Below, one piece after another: positions 32,773 to 43,159 of a DNA stretch of 64,000 bases. The stretch is taken from the NCBI GenBank assembly GCA_963844715.1, contig CAWJPJ010000007.1, positions 864,001 through 928,000 on the forward strand, given 5' to 3'. This stretch comes from an uncultured Phycisphaerales bacterium. GTDB lineage: Bacteria > Planctomycetota > Phycisphaerae > Tepidisphaerales > Tepidisphaeraceae. Under the pieces are notes generated by a model, which was not told where the DNA came from, made no database searches, and saw nothing but the letters and a program-made list of their open reading frames with translations. The stretch's first letter is position 1; every line of letters starts with the position of its first letter. A program made the translations under genes and the position numbers.

Positions 32773-34870
32773 TTGTCACCGACGACGCCGGTCCATCGAA
32801 GTCGTCGATGCGGATGGAGCGCCCAGTCGATGACGCGAAACGCGACCACATTCGTCGCTCTCATTGTATTCACGGCACTGTATGTCGTTGCGGGCAAGCT
32901 CGGACTTTCGATGGCGTTTCTCAACGCCAGCGCTTCGCCCATTTGGCCACCGACCGGATTAGCGCTGGCCGCAATGCTCTTATTTGGTTATCGCCTGTGG
33001 CCGGCAGTGCTGGTTGGGGCTTTTGTCGTAAACCTGACGACCGCAGGCACAATTTCCACTTCGGCGGTGATTGCGGCGGGTAACACCTTGGAAGCGGTCG
33101 TGGGCGCGATGCTCGTACGGCGCTTCGCTTCCGGCACGGCTGCTTTTGAGCTGGTGCCGAATATCTTTCGATTCACCGTGTTCGCCGCGATTCCGAGCAC
33201 GATGATTAGCGCGTACAGTGGGAGTCACGTGCCTAGCCATAGCCCACTTCGTACCGTGGGATTTGTATGGACAGGTATGGATGACGTGGTGGACTGGAGA
33301 TTTCGCCGGCGATCTGCTAGTCGCACCGCTTTTGATCATCTGGGCCACCGCGTCCCGGCCCGCCCTGAGGCTCCCACACATGTTGGAGGCGCTGGCCCTG
33401 GCGGCCGTTCTAATCGTGTTGGGTGACCTGATTTTCATCCGCTGGCATTCCCATTACGGTCAGGCGGAAGCGCTCGCTTATTTGGCGGTTCCATTGTTGA
33501 TCTGGGCGGCGTTCCGTTTTCAGCAACGGGGCGCTGTCGCCGCGGCGTTTTTGCTGTCGGCGATCGCAGTTCGAGGAACGCTCCGCGGCGCCGGGCCCTT
33601 TGCCACCGGCAATGCCAATGAATCTCTGGTGCTTCTGCAAACGTTCATGGGCGTCAACACGCTCATGGCTTTGATCCTCGCGGCTGTCGTTGCCGAGCGA
33701 ATGCGCGCCCACGGTGAGAGGGAACAGATTCTCCAGCGCGAGCGAAACGCGCGGGCTGAGGCGGAGCAAGCCAATCGCGCCAAGGACCAGTTCCTCGCTA
33801 TGCTCAGCCACGAACTGCGGACGCCGCTGAGCCCCGTCTTGCTCGCGACAACGTTGCTGGAAGGCAGTCCCGACCTGCCGCGTCATCTCTCCGAGCATAT
33901 TCAAATGATCCGGCGCAACGTCGAATTGGAGCGGCGGCTGATTGATGACCTTCTCGATTTGACGCGAATCACCCGTGGTAAGTTCCAACTGAATCTTACG
34001 ACAGCGGATGTCCATGAGGTGCTCCGCCTCGCCGTGGAGATTTGCTGTGCCGGACGAGTCGATGACCTCGTATTGAATTTGTCGGCGCCTCAGCATCATG
34101 TCAACGGCGACCCGGCACGGTTGCAACAGGTGTTTTGGAACCTAGTCAATAACGCCGCCAAATTCACGCCGGTAGGCCGGTCCATCACGATACGATCGAA
34201 GAACGTCGACGAGCAAAGTGCGATTGAGATTGAGGTCTCGGACACCGGCGCGGGAATTGAACCACAGTTTCTCCCGCGATTATTCAATGCGTTCGAGCAG
34301 GGTGATGCAACGTGCGCCGGACGTTCGGTGGGCTTGGTTTGGGGTTGGCAATCACCAAGGCGCTCGCCGAAGCGCACTGCGGCACGGTGACGGCCCACAG
34401 CGCAGGCCGCGATGCGGGCGCCACCTTTACGGTACGCCTGCCTGTCATAGCCGAGGTTTCACAACAAGAGTTTGAGCCGGCACCTAAGACCGAGCCAGTG
34501 CGAGTGCAAGGCGCAGGTATTGCTGGTGGAGGATCACGAGGAGACATTGCAAGTCATGGCTGAGTTGCTGAGGCGCCTCGGTCATGAGGTTACGACGGCC
34601 TCCACAATCAGGGAAGCGTTAACCGCCGCCCACGACAAACACTTCGACTTGGTCATTAGTGATTTGGGCCTTCCGGACGGCTTAGGCTATGACTTGATGC
34701 GTGCTCTTCGTGCGGGAAACCATTTGCGCGGCATCGCACTGAGCGGCTACGGAATGTCCGAGGACATCCAGTTAAGCCAAGAGGCAGGGTTTGCCGAACA
34801 CCTGGTTAAGCCGGTGGACCTAAATAAGCTGGAGGAGGCGATGATACGCGTCCTGGCAGGACACAAATAG
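32773..34870 (+). CDS. MASE1-domain hybrid sensor histidine kinase with receiver domain (several indels)
   Basis: SPIWPPTG..LA, GNTLEA, WWTGD (MASE1); FLAMLSHELRTPL, NLVNNAAKFT, DTG.GI, GGLGLGL; receiver LLVEDH...SDLGLPD...KP. Confidence 0.88.
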
Positions 34871-35160
34871 TCAGCCGCGGGCCTTGAGGCCGCCACCGAA
34901 CTTACAACTATGGGCGGGACAAATTCGAAACATCCGCGGCCGCCAGGATAGGATGCGGTTCACGGAGCGGACACCCAAATCAGAATCGCTCGCCGGTCAC
35001 TTAACTGTGTCGGAGAGTAGGTCGAAACGAATCGAGTTATGATTTGCACGGACGGCTAGAAACCTTTGAATGAGCGCCGGCGATACAAATGCCGATCTTG
35101 CCTTTGCGGTCCTCTCTACCTTCTACACCTCGCCTGCTCTATTGCCGTAATACCAGCAAC

Positions 35161-35197
35161 CGGGGTGAAAGGATTTGTACCTTCGGCCTCTGCCCCC
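35161..35197 (-). other. Degenerate tRNA 3'-end fragment (tRNA-Pro-like), possible relic att site
   Basis: Minus strand reads gaagg-tacaaat-ccttt-caccccg, resembling a T-arm plus acceptor 3' strand. Confidence 0.45.
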
Positions 35198-35817
35198 AAT
35201 AGGACGGCTAAAAGTGTCCAAGTTTAATCTAGATGAGATTTCTCGTTACCGATCGATTTTGTATTTCGACCGGGACTCATACTTTCACACACTTTCCACT
35301 TTGCGAGGAAATCTCAACGCTGCGCACGCTTAAATTCGATCGAGGTGATCGTCCCGCATTCGGGGCAGCGATCGGGGGTCGCGCGAAGGTCGTACCCGCA
35401 TCTAGGACATATTCGGCGCTTATGATAAAGACGCTGCAGGTGGAGATATCTTAAATAGCGGTAAATTTGATAGCAGGTTAGAAACGTCAAAATCGCCGAC
35501 GCGCCAAACTATCAAAAAAAATAAATAAAATAATCACGCCGCGATTCCGTTGCGGCTCATTAGTGCCAGACTACCAACTATAAAAAACTGAAGTGCAAAA
35601 TCCCAACCAAAAGCTGATGCCAAGACAAGAACAGCGATCATGGCAAATAATCTGGCGCGCGCGGTACCTTCATGTTAGCCACATCCACAGTTATACCTGT
35701 GAAAACGCTCTCGCGGGCAACCGGCCCTAGCTGATGGGATTGCCATAGCCGACAGAATACATTCATCTTAGGAATCCTCTTAGCAAAATCGATCTTCAGA
35801 TGTTCTAATCAATCCTG

Positions 35818-37422
35818 ATGACTTCGCGTACATTCAACCTTCCGGCTCGCCTGCAATCCAGGGGACAGCGGATCATGAATGGGAGAAATGTTGGTCTACT
35901 CTTGAACTTTCTGCCTCCGATCGCAATCGCGCTCGTCTTCTTTGTAATGGTCTATTCTCAGGCTCGGTATGCCCAATCATTGGCGATAAATCCGGATGAA
36001 GGGGTTAATTTGATAAAAAGTGCGATGGTCGCGAAGGGATACCATCTCTATAGCCAGATATGGAATGATCAGCCTCCCGTATTTACCCTGATGCTGAGCG
36101 AAGTATTTCGTGCGGTCGGATTCTCAATTGAAGCCGCTCGCATTTTTGTTTTGGTACTCTCAAGCATCCTGGTCGCCTGTCTTTACCAAACCATCCGGTG
36201 GCTTCATGATCACGGAACGGCGATCGTCACCGTTCTGTTTTTAGCGAGTTCTGCTTGGTTCATTCCGCTCAGCGTCGCCGTAATGATCGGCATGCCTGCA
36301 ATTGCGATGGCAGCAGGATCGCTTTTCTTGGCTAACGGTGCGATTCGATCGTCCAACCGCGCACTTTCCATGAGCCTGCTCTTTGCGTCTGGTCTTTTAT
36401 TTGGTCTGTCAATTCAAACGAAGATTTTTACGCTAATCGTCTTGCCGGCCGTGCTAATAAGTCTTCAGGGTCGGCCTGCCACCGTCTCGCGCAGGCAAGC
36501 TTATTGGGTTTGGTTTTTGAGCGTGTTGAATATTTTCATCCTTGTCATGGTGTTTACTGGAGAGAATTGGGACGAAATGCTGATTCCGCCGCTGCGACTT
36601 CGCGCAATGGTAGCTGTTAATCAAGTTTTTTCATTGCATGATATGTTTTCTCAAATCACCGAGCACTTCTTCTTTTTATTGCCGTTTTCACTCGTCGGTG
36701 TAATTGTGGGACTGCTGCGATCGCCAAGGGAGTCCTTTATCCCCATCTCGTGGTTGGCTACAGGCGTTCTCGTCTTCCATTTTCACCGTCCGTTGCGATA
36801 CCACTACTCACCGATGCTGGAGATTCCGCTGTGTTGGCTGGCGGCGATCGGACTATGCGCCACATTCATGCTAGGTCTTCGAGTATTTCTATGGGTCTGC
36901 TATCGTGCTTTGTCGAACGAAGAGACGAGGCCAAGCGCGTATGCATTTGCAGGGCATGCGACGGTTGCAACGTTGGTTGCGATGCTTGCAATAGGAGTGG
37001 CAACATACCTCACGATCGCTTTAACGTTTCGGGCTCACTATTGGCGTGAGCAGCTAAACCCAACCGTTTCATCTTTTTCTCATACTTCAAGTGCGCTTGT
37101 TGCCGAAATCCAGCAATTCAAAAGACATACTCATTGGATGTATACCGATCTTCCAGTCTATGCGTTCCGCGGCGGTGTGAATGTCCCACCTGAACTAGCT
37201 GTCATAACACAGAAACGCCGACAGACTGGCTTTCTTTCTGATGACCAAATTCTCGGGCTTATACACAAGTACACACCAGAACAAATTCTCATCGCCCGAT
37301 TTTCTTATGGGACAGATTTTCAGGCGATCCTGAGCCAGGATTACGTTCAGATTGGCGCCGAAGCCAGTAGATATAATCACGTTACCAGGCTGTATGTCAT
37401 CAAATCGTTGGCCGAGCGTTAG
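35818..37422 (+). CDS. GT-C fold membrane glycosyltransferase (ArnT/PMT-like)
   Basis: PDEG..L...GY.LY..IW.DQPP motif after the first TM helix; about 11-13 TM segments. Confidence 0.75.
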   Translation: MTSRTFNLPARLQSRGQRIMNGRNVGLLLNFLPPIAIALVFFVMVYSQARYAQSLAINPDEGVNLIKSAMVAKGYHLYSQIWNDQPPVFTLMLSEVFRAVGFSIEAARIFVLVLSSILVACLYQTIRWLHDHGTAIVTVLFLASSAWFIPLSVAVMIGMPAIAMAAGSLFLANGAIRSSNRALSMSLLFASGLLFGLSIQTKIFTLIVLPAVLISLQGRPATVSRRQAYWVWFLSVLNIFILVMVFTGENWDEMLIPPLRLRAMVAVNQVFSLHDMFSQITEHFFFLLPFSLVGVIVGLLRSPRESFIPISWLATGVLVFHFHRPLRYHYSPMLEIPLCWLAAIGLCATFMLGLRVFLWVCYRALSNEETRPSAYAFAGHATVATLVAMLAIGVATYLTIALTFRAHYWREQLNPTVSSFSHTSSALVAEIQQFKRHTHWMYTDLPVYAFRGGVNVPPELAVITQKRRQTGFLSDDQILGLIHKYTPEQILIARFSYGTDFQAILSQDYVQIGAEASRYNHVTRLYVIKSLAER

Positions 37423-37735
37423 GACATCGTTCGTAATCTTTCCAATCTTACTAACGCTGGCACAATGCGTTATGAAGAGATTTGTGCAATTTTGCCGACG
37501 GGCACGTAGCCATTGGAGATTTACGTTGACATATTGTGTCTAGGAGGTATGTTACATGGCGAATTCATCTTTAAGCGGGAACGGTGGGGCATACGTTTGG
37601 CACAACACCACCCCAGTAGTGACTACAATGGCGTCAAGAGTCTGCATCGCATAGGAGTCATTTTGGGCCTCGGAAAGATTTGGCTATTGATTGGCCGATG
37701 TAAAAGGTGCGAATATTCGGAAGGGAGGATGCAAA

Positions 37736-38203
37736 ATGATACGAGTTTTGCGTGTCATGTCCGTGTTGTTCGCAGTCGCGGTACTTACCGTTCTATGGGG
37801 ATCTACGAAAAATTTGGTTCCACCTATTGGGAGCGGCTATGTGCTTGGTTTGACGGATATGCGCCAAATTCACGGCATGACTGGCTGTCCGAGCGTGGCC
37901 CTGGGTCCAAATACACAATCTTGCCAAACGAATGGAATTGACTGTAACGGAACATACCCCAATTGTGGAACGTGCATCGGTCCTTGTGCAGAGAATGACT
38001 CCTTAACGAGCGGGATGGGCAATCCCGATGCCACAGGCTATTTTGCATCAAAACCCTGTCCAGGAAAATACTACGTGAATTCATGCGCTCCGTGGCAGAT
38101 CTTAGATCCGGACAATCCTTCTTGGGGATGTTCCTGCGACGATGGCACGCCGCTAACACCTCAGCCATGCGGCGGTAGCTACACCGGGTTGAATGGCTGC
38201 TGA
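37736..38203 (+). CDS. Secreted cysteine-rich protein A (12 Cys)
   Basis: GGAGGA RBS before ATG 37736; hydrophobic N-terminus; LTDMRQIHG-MTGCP; ends in GC. Confidence 0.8.
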   Translation: MIRVLRVMSVLFAVAVLTVLWGSTKNLVPPIGSGYVLGLTDMRQIHGMTGCPSVALGPNTQSCQTNGIDCNGTYPNCGTCIGPCAENDSLTSGMGNPDATGYFASKPCPGKYYVNSCAPWQILDPDNPSWGCSCDDGTPLTPQPCGGSYTGLNGC

Positions 38204-38245
38204 TACGGGACAACGATGAACGACGTGCTAATCTGGATTTAGGAG

Positions 38246-38752
38246 ATGATTATGAGACAGCGATTTGTCTATGTGATCGCACTTTTAGCCGCATCGGTAG
38301 TTTGGACATTTAGTTTCGGTGATGCTCGCGCTATGGGATCCAAGAATGGGCCTAGTGTAGCGATCATACTTGACAATTCGGCGATGAGTCAGATCCACGG
38401 TATGACCGGTTGTCCGGCGCTTTCGCTGAGTTCCTCAACAGCATGCGCTAACAACGGTAGCACCAACTGCAACGGAGGAATAACGACTAATGGTTGTCCT
38501 GGGACCTGCATGACTCCTTGCGGTGCAGATAACTCGGCGGGCAACAGCGGCAATGGCAACAACGCAAACGGTTATCTGTCTAGTGCTCCATGCACGACCA
38601 CGTACGCTGTAAACACCTGCATTCCCGGTACGATTACAGGTCCTGATGGTCAAGGTGGCTATGCGGACTACCCCACATGCAACTGCAACGGGTCGTCAAT
38701 CGGAAATGCATTACCTTGCGCTGGCACGTACACTTTCGAAAAAGGCTGTTAG
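38246..38752 (+). CDS. Secreted cysteine-rich protein B (12 Cys), paralog of A
   Basis: AGGAG RBS; signal peptide ending ARA; LDNSAMSQIHG-MTGCP; same Cys order; ends in GC. Confidence 0.82.
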   Translation: MIMRQRFVYVIALLAASVVWTFSFGDARAMGSKNGPSVAIILDNSAMSQIHGMTGCPALSLSSSTACANNGSTNCNGGITTNGCPGTCMTPCGADNSAGNSGNGNNANGYLSSAPCTTTYAVNTCIPGTITGPDGQGGYADYPTCNCNGSSIGNALPCAGTYTFEKGC

Positions 38753-38885
38753 TAATAGTCGTTTTTCAAACAGTCCGTTGCCCCCAAGAAACGATTCTAG
38801 TAGCGTCTGCCGGATTCGCTTGATAGTTCCAGACATGTTGGGGCGGTGAGAGGGCGTATCTCTAGCTCATCGTGAGGTCACATCC

Positions 38886-40121
38886 ATGCGCTTCTTGCGA
38901 CCTTACCTCGTTGCGGTGTTCGTGAGTCTTTTCTACGCTGGCCAATTTGGGACATTGGAACCAAGCGGCGGGCGCGCGATAGCCGCGACAACGGCACCGT
39001 CCGCCGGCGAACAATCCGATCATACTTCTTCGTTGTCACCTCAGTTTACTCGGCAGGACATCCTTGCCTACGTTGAAGCAGGTCGATCGAAGATATCTGA
39101 TTTAACTGTGTCGTTCTCTTTCAACGCGACGCATTCTGGACCTGACGATGCGGCGATTCGCGATCACACAAAAATTATCCTCAAGGGCTCAATGATCTAT
39201 AGCGATGAGGTCTACGGAGGCGATGCTTCCAAATCACCGCGCCTTTACGACCGCGAATTGGCTTTCAACGGCCACATTGGCACGATCCACCAAAAAAGCG
39301 AAGGCATTGCATCCTTTGGGCCGGAGAAGCCAATCGATTGTCGTGTGAGGGGGACAGGATTTTTCGATCTAGGTTGGCTCAATCCCCCTATCGAGGGCGG
39401 CACCGGCTGGAATGATCAGAGTCTGATCTCCCTGGTAAAGTCGTCTACGTCCAAGATGCGTCCCCAGCTGGAAATCGTGGCCGGTCACCCGTGTTACGTA
39501 TTCGACGCCTTTGGACCCGAATCAGACGCAACTGATCCAATGATTACCGCATGGCTTGATCCACAACAAGGATTTTTACCGATCAAAGTCGTCTATTTCT
39601 TGCGATCAACTCCCTTGATGGAGTCAGACATTTATACATCCAAGGAGGTTCTTCCAGGTTTGTGGATGCCCCTGCGTGGCCGCAAATACGTGTATTTTCG
39701 CAAAGATAGTCCTTATATCCGCGAAAATCAGGAACATATCATGATCGTGGATAGCGCGGACTCGGAAACGCCAGCGATCGCAGTGAATACGGGAGTCAAA
39801 GACGATTTTTTTGATCTGTGGAAGCATTTGCCTCCGGGTACGCTTTTAATCGACAAGCAAACTCGGAAAATGATAACTGTCGGTGGAAAGGATTGGCGTG
39901 CGACCGCGGATGAAGCCGTAGCCTCTGCCGCTGGTCAAGATTTGTCCGTGACAGACGCTGCTTCGGTTGGATCGCCGGTTACGCCGGCATCAGCAACCGT
40001 TGGACCAACCCCTGTATCATGGTGGAGCAATTCCGTGTTGCTCGAAGTTGGATCGGGTGTTGTTGTCCTAGTGTTGTTGATCCTAAGCGCAGTGATATTC
40101 CGGTTTCACAAAATGGCGTGA
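38886..40121 (+). CDS. Exported beta-rich protein (possibly LolA-like fold) with C-terminal membrane anchor
   Basis: Signal peptide; E.VAGHPCYV...WLDPQQGFLP.K...GLWMP..G motifs; C-terminal TM helix followed by basic residues. Confidence 0.6.
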   Translation: MRFLRPYLVAVFVSLFYAGQFGTLEPSGGRAIAATTAPSAGEQSDHTSSLSPQFTRQDILAYVEAGRSKISDLTVSFSFNATHSGPDDAAIRDHTKIILKGSMIYSDEVYGGDASKSPRLYDRELAFNGHIGTIHQKSEGIASFGPEKPIDCRVRGTGFFDLGWLNPPIEGGTGWNDQSLISLVKSSTSKMRPQLEIVAGHPCYVFDAFGPESDATDPMITAWLDPQQGFLPIKVVYFLRSTPLMESDIYTSKEVLPGLWMPLRGRKYVYFRKDSPYIRENQEHIMIVDSADSETPAIAVNTGVKDDFFDLWKHLPPGTLLIDKQTRKMITVGGKDWRATADEAVASAAGQDLSVTDAASVGSPVTPASATVGPTPVSWWSNSVLLEVGSGVVVLVLLILSAVIFRFHKMA

Positions 40122-40144
40122 TGGGTAATTGGGTTGCGGGATAA

Positions 40145-41974
40145 TTGAGAATGTGGGGAACTTCGCCCATGACCGAGAGAGAACGCCCTATATTTTTTTT
40201 GTTAGTTTCGGTCTCGGCATTTCTGCTGCAAAGCGCAGTTGGCGCCGCCAGCATCGCCACGGATAGCGCCACCCCGGCAGACGGACGTTGTTCATTATCG
40301 CTTGAGGATGCAAACCTCTCCGCGTCCCCGCCTGCCTGCGGCCCGGCAAGCATGGCAATCGCCCTTAAATTGCTCAACTGCAGCTTTACGAATGACGAAC
40401 TGACGAGGCTTGCCGACAGCCAAGGGGATTCAACATTCGCAGAGTTGGCCGAGTTCGCACAGCACAAAGGCCTTTACGCGGTCGCGGTGCGTTTGGGGCC
40501 AGGTCAGTTACTAAAGCTTCATCGAATCGCTATCTTGCAAATACTCTCGCCGCTGATCATAAATGGCGTTCACGCGCCCCATTTCATCGTGTTTGCCGGA
40601 CCCGTGCCAGGCACCGACCATGGCCCATGGTGGAACAAGGACTCGGTATTTTTGTTCGACTCAGTAGCCGGGGATGGCCTGCGCGGCCCATTGCCCATCG
40701 AAGCGCTATCAGAGATGTACACTGGGAACGCCCTAGTGCTATCAAAGTATCCTGTCGATCCGAATGAATTCGCTGTTGCTCATGCGGAGTCCCCGCACGA
40801 TTCGTCGCGCACGATCCGCGACGGCTCCATGGCAGGGTTGGGCGCCGCAGCAATTTTGCTATTTTGTGCCACCCTTCGCAGAAAAACGGGTTCGACAACG
40901 ATGCCGACTGTCGCGCCAACGATTGCGATGGTCATTTATATGACCCTATTTTCCGCCTCATTCAATTCTGCGGCCGCCGATTCGAGCAACCCAACTACGC
41001 GACCGGCAGGTGACTCGGCTGCTACTATTAACTCGAATGCCAACCAGCTCTGTGATGTCGGGAATGTTTCAAAAGGAGAACAAGTCCAACATTCGTTCGA
41101 ATTCACGAATTCTAAACCGATCGACATTGACTTACAGATCGCAGGAACTAGTTGTACATGTTTAAGCGCGCGGTTCGATGGACCGTCTCATCTTCGGCCG
41201 GGTCAAAAAACTAACGTTGTGCTGTCTGCCATCGCACGTAATGGCGGTCCCGTGCAAACCTCCGCTCTGATCAAGACTTCGGCGCAAGAAATGTTTCTCC
41301 TGACTATTCAGATGGCGGTGATAAACGACACGGATTATAGTCCGCGCACTGTTGATTTTGGAGATGTTTGGGCAGACCAAGGAAAGCAAAGCCGCCCTCT
41401 ACATTTTACGCATTACACGTCGAATGCGGGCGCATTCAAAGACTTTCTTGTCCGCTCTTTCTCACCATGCGTAAGCGTTTCGCTGGACAAACCAACATGG
41501 ACCAGTGGAAGCGACGGCGCGAAAACCGTCGATGAGAACGTAACGATTACTCTTGACCCGGCGTTGGCCTCGCTGGGTCCATTAGGTAAAGGTATTTTGG
41601 CAACGGCGAGCGACGGTAATAAGAAACTTTCATTCACGATTGATTGTATCGGCCAAGTTGTGCCTATCGTTGGGGCAATCCCTGATCAGATCGCGGTATT
41701 CGGCGCAAACCTCCCAAATGAAATCCCGGCATCGGTGACGCTAAAGGCAGTTGATGGACGCCTTGTGAACGTCGAAACGATTGAAGCATCGAATTTGACG
41801 ATCGCCAAATGGACGGCAACACCATCGGGGGACGGAACAATAAATCTGGAGATTATAATTCAACCAAACATGCTGCAGGGTCGGGCTCAAGGATCGCTGC
41901 ATGTCAAATTCATCGCGCTTAAGCACTATATGCTTGATATTCCCGTTCGCGTGGTGGATACGACGTCCCGATAA
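40145..41974 (+). CDS. C39-like cysteine peptidase domain + TM hairpin + DUF1573/Ig-like domains
   Basis: ACGPASMAIAL...G.STFAEL...A...GL.A..V...HFIV...LFDS...YTGNAL (C39 Cys/His/Asp); later F.FTN...TSCTC......L.PG (DUF1573-like); no ABC ATPase. Confidence 0.75.
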   Translation: MRMWGTSPMTERERPIFFLLVSVSAFLLQSAVGAASIATDSATPADGRCSLSLEDANLSASPPACGPASMAIALKLLNCSFTNDELTRLADSQGDSTFAELAEFAQHKGLYAVAVRLGPGQLLKLHRIAILQILSPLIINGVHAPHFIVFAGPVPGTDHGPWWNKDSVFLFDSVAGDGLRGPLPIEALSEMYTGNALVLSKYPVDPNEFAVAHAESPHDSSRTIRDGSMAGLGAAAILLFCATLRRKTGSTTMPTVAPTIAMVIYMTLFSASFNSAAADSSNPTTRPAGDSAATINSNANQLCDVGNVSKGEQVQHSFEFTNSKPIDIDLQIAGTSCTCLSARFDGPSHLRPGQKTNVVLSAIARNGGPVQTSALIKTSAQEMFLLTIQMAVINDTDYSPRTVDFGDVWADQGKQSRPLHFTHYTSNAGAFKDFLVRSFSPCVSVSLDKPTWTSGSDGAKTVDENVTITLDPALASLGPLGKGILATASDGNKKLSFTIDCIGQVVPIVGAIPDQIAVFGANLPNEIPASVTLKAVDGRLVNVETIEASNLTIAKWTATPSGDGTINLEIIIQPNMLQGRAQGSLHVKFIALKHYMLDIPVRVVDTTSR

Positions 41975-41997
41975 GCCGGCGCTGACGGGCGACAATC

Positions 41998-43149
41998 ATG
42001 CCAAAATCAAATTATCTGCATCGACTGAGCCTGTGGATGGTCGTCGTAATAGTTCTTTGTTGTGCAATCGCACTGGCAAGCCTGAAATCGTTCAACAATC
42101 GAGCCAGATCCACCGCAAATCCCGTCACCATGTCGCCCGATATCCGAGAAGCGGCGACACAGAACGTTGTGAGAGCGCACGAGGCACTCGCGAGATACGA
42201 CGCGGCACCCACAGATACAAGCCAAACGCCTTGGGCGTTATTCCACGGGCTACTAGGGCATCACGGTGATTTCCCGCTGCGAGATTCTATTTCCGGGGAG
42301 AGCGTAAATTGTGAGGACTGGCTGTTGCAGCAGGCAGCTGCGAAACCGATTTATTGGCAAACGCCGTTAGTCACGCAACGGGACTGGGGCGTTTGCTTTA
42401 CACACGGCAACCTCACCATCACAGAGCGTTTTGAGGATCACTTTTGCCAGTTCTTGTTTATTCTTATGAATCTCGGCCTCGATCCTGATAGGACGACGGT
42501 AAGAGTGCCACCGGACGGCCACGCATGCACGTTGAGGCAGATGGTCTACAACGAACAAACGTTTTGCAACGGGGCGCTGGACGTGAGTTGGGCGTTACCT
42601 CTCTTTGCCAGGTGGGGAAATCCGACTTGGACGAATAAATTCAACGAGCAATACGACCTTGGGTCTTTGATGACCCAACATCTTGATCTCGAAAAGCATT
42701 GTGACGCTTGTTTTGGAACCCACTGGCGGATGGGTCTGGCACTAACTTTATCATTCGCGGCCGAGCGGCTTCCAGAGGATGTGCGGGAACGGGCGAATAG
42801 TCGTCTTCAGCAGTTGATCGAAGAAGCTCATACCGGCCAAGATCCGGATTCAGGCCGTTTCCGTCTTGAGTCCGCGGCGGCAGCGATCGGTATCCACGAT
42901 CTCAGCCAACTTCCAAGTGATCGATCCGCCATTCTTTCGCATCAGGGCCATACATTGGCGTGGCTTATGGTTGCTTTGTCCGACGATCAATTGGCCACCG
43001 AAATGTGGCCACATAAGGGGGTAGAATTTCTAATAGATCAGTTGCAAGGTCCAACGGATTCCCTCAACTACGGCGCCTATTCGCACTGCGCGGATGCACT
43101 TCGTCTTTACCAAGCACGAATGCAATCGATCCTAAACTCGTCGAGATGA
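41998..43149 (+). CDS. Membrane-anchored/exported helical protein of unknown function
   Basis: N-terminal TM helix; motifs PWALFHGLL, H.CQFL, ACFGTH, GH.L.WL, HC.DALRLY. Confidence 0.7.
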   Translation: MPKSNYLHRLSLWMVVVIVLCCAIALASLKSFNNRARSTANPVTMSPDIREAATQNVVRAHEALARYDAAPTDTSQTPWALFHGLLGHHGDFPLRDSISGESVNCEDWLLQQAAAKPIYWQTPLVTQRDWGVCFTHGNLTITERFEDHFCQFLFILMNLGLDPDRTTVRVPPDGHACTLRQMVYNEQTFCNGALDVSWALPLFARWGNPTWTNKFNEQYDLGSLMTQHLDLEKHCDACFGTHWRMGLALTLSFAAERLPEDVRERANSRLQQLIEEAHTGQDPDSGRFRLESAAAAIGIHDLSQLPSDRSAILSHQGHTLAWLMVALSDDQLATEMWPHKGVEFLIDQLQGPTDSLNYGAYSHCADALRLYQARMQSILNSSR

Positions 43150-43159
43150 CTGGTCGCGT

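Noticed and set aside
37736..38752. Classical lanthipeptide, sactipeptide or ranthipeptide precursors
   Set aside because: No LanB/LanM, radical SAM, YcaO or ABC exporter is nearby. The precursors have Sec-type signals and even Cys counts, which favours disulfides.
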